Position numbers and translations under genes: made by a program. A stretch of DNA of 64,000 nucleotides, taken from assembly GCF_009914755.1 (NCBI RefSeq), contig NC_060929.1; one strand, given 5' to 3'. This DNA comes from the human T2T-CHM13v2.0 reference genome, Homo sapiens. Shown here one piece after another: positions 48,172 to 64,000 of the stretch. The notes under the pieces were generated by a model that had not been told where the DNA came from, made no database searches, and saw only the letters and a list, made by a program, of their open reading frames with translations. Within the stretch, counting starts at the first letter, position 1; each line of letters begins with the position of its first letter.

Positions 48172-49150
48172 GATAATGCATTCCATGAATCCATGGATGG
48201 AGTCTTGGCAGAAACATTGCATGCAGGATAGGCAAACCCATATCCAGAGTAAGTGTCTGTTCCAGTGAGGACAAACCTCTGCCCTTGCTATGATGGAAGA
48301 GATCCAATATAATCAACCTGCCACCAGGTAGCTGGCTGATCACTCTGAGGAATGGCGCCATATCGAGGGTTCAGTGTTGGTATCCGCTGCTGGCAAATTG
48401 GGCACTCAGCAGTGGCGGTAGCCAGGTCAGCCTTGGTGAGTGGAAGTCCATGTTGCTGAGCCCATGTGTAACCTCCATCCTTGCCACCATGACCACATAG
48501 TTCATGGGTCCACTGGGGAATAAGAGAGGTGGCTGGGGAAAGAGGCTGAGTGATGTCCACAGAACAGGTCATCCTATCCACTTGATTATTGAAATCCTCC
48601 TCCGCCAAGGTCACCCATTGGTGAGCACTCACATGAGATACAAATATCTTCAGTTTTCAATCACTCAGAAAGGTCCATCCACTTACCTCTTCCCCAAATT
48701 TCTTTGTCACCAATTTTCCAATCATACTTCTTCCAAGTCCCTGACCATACAGCCAAACCACTGGCTACAGCCAATGAATCAGTATATAATCGCACATCTG
48801 GACATTTCTCCTTCCAGGCAAAGTACACAACCAGGTGCACTGCTCGAAATTCTGCCCACTGGGAAGATTTCCCTTCACTGCTGTCCTTCAGGGATGTCCT
48901 AGAAAAGGGTTGTAATGCAGTGGTCTACTTTCAGGTAGTGCCTGCATATCATGCAGAATCATCTGTGAACCAGGCCTTAGTCTTCTCTTCCTCTGTCAAC
49001 TAATCATAGGGAACTCCCCATGAAGCCACTGGTGCAGGCTAGGGGAGAGGAGGCAGGGTGGCAGGAGTGGAGACCATGGGCATTTGAGCCACTTCTTCAT
49101 GTAACTTATTTGTGCCTTCAGGACCTTCTCAAGCCCGATCAAGTATACTT

Positions 49151-49900
49151 TCATTTGATGATGGAATGCTGCTGTGCATGACCCACTTTATGGCTAGATA
49201 GGTCAGAAAGCACCCAGTTCATGATAGGTAGTTCAGGTTGCATGGTGACTTGATGATCCATAGTCAAACATTCGGTTTCCACCAAAGCCCAGTAACAGAC
49301 CAATAGCTGTGTGTCAAAAGGAGAGTAGTTATCTGCAGAAGATGGCAGGGCCTTGCTCCAAAATTTTAGAGGCCTCCCCTGTAATTCACCGATGGAGGCC
49401 TGCCAAAGGCTCCAAACAGCATCCCTATCTGCCACTGACACCTCAAGCACCATTGGGTCTGCTGGGTCATATGGCCCAAGTAGCAGAGCAGCTTGCACAG
49501 CAGCATGGACCTGTTGCAGAGCCTTCTCCTGTTCCGGACCCCACTCAAAACTGGCAGCCTTTTGGGTCACTTGATAAATGGGCCGGAGTAACACACGCAG
49601 ATGAGGCATGTGTTGCCTCCAAAATCCAAATAGACCCACTAGACATTGTGCCTCTTTCTTAGTTTTAGGAGGGGCCAAATGCAGCAACTTATCCTTCACC
49701 TTAGAAGGAATATTTTGACAGGCCCCACACCACTGGACCCCTAGACATTTTACTGAGGTAAATCCCTGTATTTTAGTTGGATTTATTTCCCATCCTCTGG
49801 CAGCCAAATGTCTCACCAATAAGTCTAGTGTGTTTGCTACTTCTTGCTCACTGAATCCAATCAGCATAATGCCATCAATCTAATGGACCAGTGTGATATC
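49151..49900 (-). pseudogene. HERV-L reverse transcriptase/connection-domain pseudogene segment
   Basis: 238 aa open frame, but the upstream catalytic YIDD position reads TAG-ATT-GAT-GGC (*IDG). Confidence 0.85.
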
Positions 49901-50145
49901 TTGAGGAAGCAAAAAGCCATCAACATCTCTCCAAATAAGATTATGACACAAAGCCAGAGAGTTGATATACCCCTGAGGTAGGATAGTAAAAGTATATTGC
50001 TGGCCTTGCCAGCTGAAGGCAAATTGCTTCTGGTGGGCCTTATGGACAGGAATGGAGAAGAAGGCATTTGCAAGTCAATGGCTGCATACCAGGTAACAGG
50101 AGATGTGTTAATTTGCTCAAGCAATGCAACCACATCTGGTACAGC

Positions 50146-52480
<2,335 letters not shown>

Positions 52481-54288
52481 TAAAATTAAAAATTTAAAAA
52501 TAATTTAGAAGCATATCATTATTATTATAAATACTTGGAATGATGGCATGTTTGTATACTCAGCTAGCTTTCTAACCAGATATCATTGATGTATTCTATA
52601 TATCAAAATGAAATTCACTAGGATTTTGCTAATTCCTTACATGATTGTTAAGGCTAAAATGCAATCTGTTATTAAAATGACATCATGTCAGTTCTGTTTC
52701 TCAAAACTAAATTTAAAGAAGTTTCCCTTTAGGCATATTCTGATTGACATGTGGTTGAATTATTTCTAAAGAACATTCATTCATATGCAACAACAATTTT
52801 ATTCAGATCCTGAAACTTAAAATTTTGTCATGGCCTTTTAATGGAGGATCTTCCTTTTAAATGTCTGATAAAGATTATAAGAAAACACAGTCCTGACCAG
52901 TGAACATGAACCCTTAGACTATTTGGAGAAACATGGCTGAACACCCTAAAGTTGGACGGTTGTGAAAACCCATCAGAACTGTAGATAGCACATTAGGCAG
53001 CAAATGTGGGAAGGAAAAATGATCCAGCTCCACTTTTAGGAGGTTTTCAAAACATTTCAACTGTAAATGAATTGAGTGGACCATGAAACTGATAAAATAT
53101 CTAGGTTGTCATCTTCATTTTGGGTTACATGGATCATGATTTTTTCAATTAGTAGGCAAAGATCAAGCATCTCCATGTAAGTAACAGCCTTCTGTGTTCT
53201 GGTCTCCTTCCCACCTCTCTACCACCTCCAACCCCTACTGAGTACTAAATTTTGCTGATATTTTCAAAAAGATCACAACTTTTATGCATGTTTCTTTTCT
53301 TATTTGGTGGAATCACTTCCTATTTTGACAATTCAAGAAGTAAATGATAATGTGACCCATTTCCCTAAAATCAAGGCCTCCATTTTGCATGACACAATGA
53401 GACTTTTAAACAGGAAAGGGAAAAGGAAGAATTTAATTAGTAGGGAAGTTTGAAAATATACTTTAAAGAATATACAGGAAAGGAATAAGGGCATTTGACA
53501 TCCTCTAGAGATCTTTTCTATATAACTAATGCATATGAGAAAAGCAGATGTTACCAATGGAAAATGTGAAACTGAAACACTCCATACTTACCAACCAAAA
53601 TCACAGAGAATGCTTCCTAGGGACCAGGATATTTCTCTGTCAGGAGAGGTCTCTAGAAATCCAAAAAACTGTCAATAATCATTCAGTACAAAGACAATGA
53701 TAGTGGGTCTAGGAATACATATTTAGAGAATTAGTTTCTCTGAAAGGAAGGCTGAAGATCATGTTAGGACTTTGAAATGAGTCTAAGTCAATATTAGAGT
53801 AGACCCAGATTTATTTTCAATAATTATATCTCTCCAATTTACATTAAGATTCTATAGCCTTGAAATGACCAGGACCCAGGTGATCCAAGATCTTTAGATC
53901 ACTTCAAAACCTCGTCTGATTCTGCACTAGCCTCCTTTGGGCCAAAAAAACATTGGTCTAGTAATTGCTTCCTTGTCATAGTTCTATTTTCAACATGGAG
54001 AGTAAAGGACATGTGTGACCATAGTACAATTATACTTGATAAGTTGTTCTCCCATACAAGTTGGTTCCAAAGGTAAAGGATGAAAGGCATAATGTCCACA
54101 ATCTCTGAGCATCTGAAAAGTATGAAGAAGTGAATTCCTAACACATATAAAAATGCATTGTCTTCAAATTGAGTGATGGGTTTTAAAGTTCGGGAAACAG
54201 GAAAGAAAGTTTAAAAATCTATTATACTTACTTGTATTTCTTTACTTCTTACATTAAACGACTGGGAAATAAAGAATTATTAGAACTG

Positions 54289-54600
54289 GGCTGGGCGCGG
54301 TGGCTCACGCCTGTAATCCCAGCAATTTGGGAGGCCGAGGCGGGCGGATCACCTGAGGTCAGGAGTTCACAACCTGGCCAACATAGTGAAACCCCGTCTC
54401 TACTAAAAGAACAAAAATTAGCCAGGTGAGGTGGCAGGCACCTGTAATCCCAGCTACTCAGGAGCCTGAGGCAGGAGAATCGCTTGAACCACGGAGGCGG
54501 AGGTGGAGGTGGAGGCGGGGGTTGCAGTGAGCCAAGATCACACTACTGCAGTCCAGCCTGGGTGAAAAGAACAAGACTCCATCTCAAAAAAAAAAAAAAA
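54289..54600 (+). mobile_element. AluSx/Sq-like with internal (GGAGGY)n expansion
   Basis: TSD AATTATTAGAACTG at 54275-54288 and 54601-54614. Confidence 0.94.
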
Positions 54601-54954
54601 AATTATTAGAACTGGCTTATATACAAGAAATTTTTAAAGCATACAAATGTAAATGGGATTTAATACTATTCACAGCTTCCTTCCATAATGTCAAAAAGCA
54701 GTCTTCTTTCCTTGTACCCAGAAAAACTGCCATTTTAAACTGCAAAATAATTATGAACATTTATTCAAACTGTTTAAATATGAATACTTATGAACCATCA
54801 TCATTCTATTGTATTGTTTATCAATCAAGATTCTATAATGTTTCCAAAATAGTCTTGGAAATAACCAGGTGGGCTGAGACCTATCATTATTAGAACAGGA
54901 GCAAACTGAGCTGATACTTAAGTTGATTGTGCCTATTTGCATGGCCATGATGTT

Positions 54955-55150
54955 GACTATTTGTTAAATGCCTACTTGTATCAGACATTGTTTTAGGTAC
55001 ATTGTTTTAATGCTATAAATATCTCATTTAATACTGAAAATTGGAACACCAATTAACTTGTCAAAAATAACACAGCTAGTATGTAGCAGAACCTAGATTC
55101 AAACTCAGATCAGTCTGCCTCTAAAGCCTACACCCTGTCTCCTAAATTGG
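54955..55150 (-). mobile_element. MIR fragment
   Basis: TTAACTTGTCAAAAATAACACAGCTAGTATGTAGCAGAACCTAGATTCAAACTCAGATCAGTCTGCCTCTAAAGCC. Confidence 0.7.
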
Positions 55151-55314
55151 GTTGCCTTCTAAGGTAATTTGTTTAACAAATGCTGAAAGAACTAGTCCCT
55201 TTTCTGTATACATATTGATAGCATCTTATAGATAATGAGAACCCCCAGTGTATTGTTACTAACAGTCACTCAAAAAACATTCCCTGAATGAATGAATGAA
55301 TGAATGGTCAACTA

Positions 55315-57645
<2,331 letters not shown>

Positions 57646-57995
57646 AATATGATTTTCATATTTTATATAAAATACATATTTTCTATTTTAAATAAATATA
57701 AAATATGTATTTTTAAAACATCTTTAGGGAAGCATAATCCACAATTTCACTTGGCAATCAACTATTTTCATTTTAAAAAGTAATTTTCAGTGTCTACAAA
57801 ACTAACATTAATAGCTTTATACACTAAAATTATGAAACAAGTGAAGCCTGTCAGTTCAGTATGAAATAAAACAGTGAAATCATTTCTTTTATTCTTATAA
57901 GCAAACAAGTAAAACACGGAGTTGGATAAATGAAAACATTTCTTAGAAATATAAAATTTAACGTTGATTCCTTTTTCTAATAAAAATCTAACTTA

Positions 57996-58298
<303 letters not shown>

Positions 58299-58360
58299 TC
58301 TATTAAATCATTGTATTTTCATTTGGATTAATGAAATTTTCTCTTCCTCCAAGGTTGTGA

Positions 58361-58726
<366 letters not shown>

Positions 58727-58931
58727 TGATGATATAGAACTCTGGAAATCTACAATGAGTAGAAAGATAAGTATTGAATTCATGTATCTTATAGAATGAT
58801 CTACTTATAAAGTCAATATTTTACAATGTAAACTACAAGCATTTCAGCCGTATGCTGAGCCACCTAAAATCAACACTCCTTTGAAGCCCACAGAATTTCT
58901 CACCTCCTTTAAAAAAAAAAGAAGCGCATTA

Positions 58932-59300
<369 letters not shown>

Positions 59301-62300
59301 TTAAACCTAAATAAGAAAAATATTATTCAATGATTCACTTTTAAGTCAGCAACTCAAAAAGTGCTTCATATATTTTCAGCCACTGCATGCTGCATTATGC
59401 CACAACTTGGAAGTGTTCAATGTAGAACAATTGACAGAAACAGCTCTCTCATCCAAACATAACAGTTTTCCATTAAAGATAAATAAACTCTAAACTTTCA
59501 CCTAGATCTTTCTTCAGAGGTAGACTGTGTTGTGATATGGAGCGCTCCACACATGCTCACCCTTAAAATATGCTCAGATGCTGCCCCCTCAGAGAAGTCT
59601 CCCTGACTACCCACACACCCAATCCTCCAAGCAAACTATTCACTCTTTTCTCTGATGCTGAAGATGTTTTGCCAGGACACTTATTTCATTATGTTGTAAT
59701 CAGTTTGTTTTTTTGTTTTTTTTTTTTACTATACTGTGAAATTTTTGACTGGTAAAATGATATCTTAGTCACTGTTCAATATTTAAAGATAAAATTTTCT
59801 TATTAGCATTATCTTCTCCAAACTAAATGTATCCACTACTTCTCATCACTCCATGCATAAAGGTTTTCCAAATCCCTTAAATAACCTGGCCACCCTCCCC
59901 TGAATGCTTTTTGCTTAGTAAATGTCCCCATGACTCAAAAATAACATTCAACATTGGAGCCAAATCTATTTATCTGAAGCAGACCTACACAGCTCTCCAG
60001 AGTTTATGCCATTGTGATCCCTTGTATGTAAAACCAACTTATAACACGTTTCTGTAAACAACTAAGCATCTGGGATAGTGTATAAGGTAGATTAAGTCAT
60101 TCAACAGGCATATATTAAGTAGCACAATGTACCAGGCACTGGACTAGGAGCTGAGGATCCTACCATAGTCACATCAAGGAGGCATTTCTTGTGTAGCTTC
60201 CCAGCATGTATTAACACTCTGTCACACATAAATGGGGGTTTCATAAACAACTACTTTTGGTATGCTATTGGTTATATCAATATTAACAGACTTCTTTTTT
60301 TAAGACCTTTTGCAAATTCTAATATATAAATTGTGACTCTCTAAGACTAAGAATATAATATGCAGCATTTCCCAAATATTTGATCACACCACACTGTTTT
60401 CACAATGCATCTTGAAGAAGCATCTCCTGAGAATACTTTGTACAGTACCTTCTAGAATCTATACAGGAGTAAGCAGATCATTGTGGTCTAGGGAAATAAG
60501 AGCAAAGGAAGTACCCCAGGGTGAGATGCAAGTAAAGTACAAAGGTGGGATGCAAGTACAGGGGATGTAAGGGAAAGCTTCTAGAGAGAAGAGATACTCA
60601 ATACAGATCTCCAAGGACACATCTGAGTAAGTTAAGTGAAAAGAAGTCAGTGGTGAGGTTTTCAGAAAGACTTTTCAGGTATGGGCAAAGCCCAAAGGGG
60701 CTTACTATGCACAGTAGCATGTCATGGTCAGAATGGCAGTCACATCTACATTAGCTGGAGGAATCACACGAAAACATCATATTAAAAGAAATCATGAAAA
60801 ATTTCATTAGAAGCCCTTAACTTCTAATGAGAATGTGACTGCTATCAGTCAGGAATTCTCCCTACTCCCAAACCTACTCTTCCAAAAGTATACAAAACCA
60901 AGAAGAATGAAAAATTGGAATTAAATAAAAACATTTTCAATGAAGCTAAAATACATATCATGTGTAGATCCCTAAATATAACTATGAGTTGCTAAAAACA
61001 ATTAAGATTGGGAAGAAGTTAATAAAGGAGTTAAAAAGGAGTCAAATCACAGAAAGTGGAACCTGTCCACTGTTGTCTTGAGTCTCAAAAAGCACCAGCA
61101 AAAACACAGCTTTCTAAAAATTGAAGACATATTCTGAAATCTAAAAACTGTAATTCTTGTTTACAAGGATGTAGGAGCTGTGTTGAGCAAGGCAGGAAAT
61201 GGCTTGATTTAGAGTAGCAAAATATGAGGGGCTCTAAAAAAAATCACATTAAACAAGCCATATTTGCAGGAAGCTATCTGCTTCTGTGGCAGAAACTTGT
61301 GGAGAAATATTTTACACAGAGAATTATTCTGTGTGGTGATGACTCTCTCTACCTAACTGTAATGAGCTCTACAGAAAATAGCTGGTCTAGTGAAATACAC
61401 ACATTTAATAATAACTAAATTAATAAAAAAGAAACAAGTACAGGCATAACTCAGAGATATTGCAGGTTTGGTTCCAGATCATCACAATAAAGCAAGTCAC
61501 ATGAATTTTTTTGGCATCCCAGTGCATGTAAAAGTTATGTTTATACTATACTGTAGACCATTAAGTGTCCAGTAGCATTATGTATAAAAAACAACGTACA
61601 TGCCATAATTTAAAAATAATTTATTGCTAAAAAAGCTAATAATCATCTTGGCCTTGAGTAAGTTGTAAGCTTTGTGCTGGTGGAGGGTCTTCTCTACTTT
61701 GATGGCTGCTGACTGACTACAGTGGTTGTTGCCTAAAGTTGAAGCATCCATGGCAATTTCTTAAAATAAGAAAACAATGAAGTTTGCTGCATCAATTGAT
61801 TGTTCATTTCATGCAATATTTCTCTAGTATGCAATGCTGTTTGATAGCATTTTACCCACAGTAGAACTTCCTTCAAAATTGGAGTCAATCCTCTCAAGCC
61901 CTATCTCACTGCTCTATCAACTAAGTTTATGTACTATTCTATGTCCTTTGTTGTCGTTTCAACAATGCTCACAGCATCTTCACCAGAAGTAGATTCCATA
62001 CCAAGAAACCTTTCTTTACACATCCATAAAAACCACTCCTCGTTTGTTCAAGTTTTATCCTGAGATTGCACCAATTTAGTCCCAAATTCAGGCTCTGCTT
62101 CTAATTCTAGTCTTCTTTACATCTCCACCACATCTTCAGTTACTTCATCGCACTGATGTCTTGAACCCCTCAAAATCATCTGTTAGGGTTGGAACCGTCT
62201 TCTTCTAAACTTCTGTTAATGTTGATATTTTGACCTCCTGCCATGAATTGTGAATGTTGTTAATGGCATCTAGAATGGTGAACTCTTTTGAAAAGACTTT

Positions 62301-63337
62301 CAATTGACTTTGCCCAGATTCATCAAAGGAATCACTAGGGCAGCTGAGCACTATGTAAAGTATTTCTTAAATAGCAAATCTGAAAGTCAAAATTACTCCT
62401 TGATCCATGAGCTGTAGAATGGATGCTGAATTAGCATCCATGAAAGCAACATTAATCTTCTGCACATCTCCATCAGACCTCTTGGGTAATCAAGTGCATT
62501 GTCAATGAGCAGTAATATTTTGAAAAGACTCTTATTCTGAGAAATAGGTCTCAATGGTGGGCTTAAAATATTCAGTAAACCATACTGTAAACAGATGGGC
62601 TCCCATCTAGAGTTTGTTTTTTCATTTATAGAGCACAGGAAGAGTAGAAACAGCATAATTCTTAAGGCCCTAGGATTTTCAGAATGGTCAATGAGCATTG
62701 GCTTCAACTTAAAGTCACCAGTTGCATTAGCTCCTAACAACAGAGTCGGCCCATCCTTTGAAGCCAGTCATTGACTTCTCTCTAGCTTTGAAAGTCCTAG
62801 ATGGCATCTTCTTGCAATAGAAGGCTGCTTTGTTTACATTGAAAATCTGCTGTTTAGTGTAGCCACCTTCATCAATGATCTTAGCTAACTCTTCTGGACA
62901 GCTTGCTACAGCTTCCACAGCAGCAGTTGCTGCTTCACCTTGCACTTCTAGGTTATGGAGACAGCTTCTTCCTTAGCCTATACTAGGTTTTAATCTTTGC
63001 TAGCTTCCTCACCTCTATCAGCCTTCATGGAATTGAAGAGAGTTGGAGACTTTCTCTGGATTAGGCTTTGGTTTAAGGAAATGTTGTGGCTGATTTGATC
63101 TTCTATTCAGACACAAAAACTTTTCTTCATATCAGTAATAAGCATGTATCACTTTCTTATTATTCATATGTTCACTGGAGTAGCACTTTAATTTCCTCCA
63201 AGAACTATTCCTTTGCATTCACAACTTGGCTAACCAATTGGTGCAAGAGGCCTAGCTTTCAAACCTGTCTCAACTTTCCACATGCCTTCCTCACTAATGT
63301 TAGTCATTTATAGCTTTTCATTTAAAATGAGAGATAT

Positions 63338-63645
<308 letters not shown>

Positions 63646-63647
63646 TT

Positions 63648-63696
<49 letters not shown>
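63648..63696. repeat. (GATA)n microsatellite, about 12 units
   Basis: Seen directly at the Alu tail. Confidence 0.96.
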
Positions 63697-64000
63697 CAAC
63701 TCTTCATTTCACTCAAACTCTTAGAGGCCATTGTGGCATTATTAATTGGCCTAATTTAATATTGTTGTGTCTCAGGGAATAGGGAGGCCTGAGGAGAGAG
63801 AGAGAGATGGGAAACAGCTGATTAGTGGAACTATCAGAACATGCACGTTTATAGATTCGTTTGATAAAGAACTTTTATAGATTAAGTTCTATAGAGAACA
63901 TTTATAGATTAAGTTCTGTTAAGGTGGGTCCAGTTCATGGTGTCCCAAAACATTTGAAATATAATAGTAATATCAAAGATTACTGATCACAGATCACCAT

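Larger units (their letters stand above)
45888..50145 (-). mobile_element. HERV-L internal remnant (3' part of pol: RT, RNase H, integrase, dUTPase-like region), split by MER11
   Basis: ORFs 49151..49867, 48288..48632 (H..H..CPIC zinc finger, WWQVDYIG), 46831..47118 and 46372..46593. Confidence 0.92.

Noticed and set aside
49151-49867. 238 aa HERV-L pol ORF as a domesticated gene
   Set aside because: The catalytic motif just upstream is destroyed (*IDG), neighbouring segments are frameshifted, and gag and the 5' LTR are absent
53580-54144. Possible minus-strand exons (donor near 53590, acceptor near 54113, ORF 53899..54144)
   Set aside because: No recognisable protein and no consistent exon chain; compatible with chance splice-like motifs
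62393-62945. TIGD1-like transposase gene
   Set aside because: Frameshifted fragments in an ordinary Tigger1 copy, interrupted upstream by an Alu

Overview
Primate (hominoid-type) genomic DNA, roughly two-thirds interspersed repeats, with no host protein-coding gene, RNA gene or CpG island that I can support. Every ORF in the track that resembles a known protein maps to L1 ORF1/ORF2, ERV-L pol, Tigger1 transposase or Alu open frames. The core is a ~27 kb nested, almost entirely minus-strand L1 cluster (16.05-43.05 kb). An old L1M hosts a full-length L1PB1-like element and a full-length L1PA6-like element, and the L1PB1 itself contains a MER50 LTR, a full-length L1PA8-11-like L1 and Alus. Downstream lie a HERV-L remnant split by a MER11 solo LTR, an L1MA fragment, a 5'-inverted L1PA3-like insertion and a Tigger1. 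I found no new biological system. The notable points are mechanistic scars: a probable ancient L1 3' transduction polyadenylated in an MLT1 LTR, an Alu flanked by a ~250 bp duplication, a tail-less Alu with a TSD, a chimeric AluY/AluS recombination scar, a templated insertion inside an L1, and an unexplained ~220 bp direct duplication in non-repeat DNA. Subfamily calls come from remembered consensus motifs, not from a database search.
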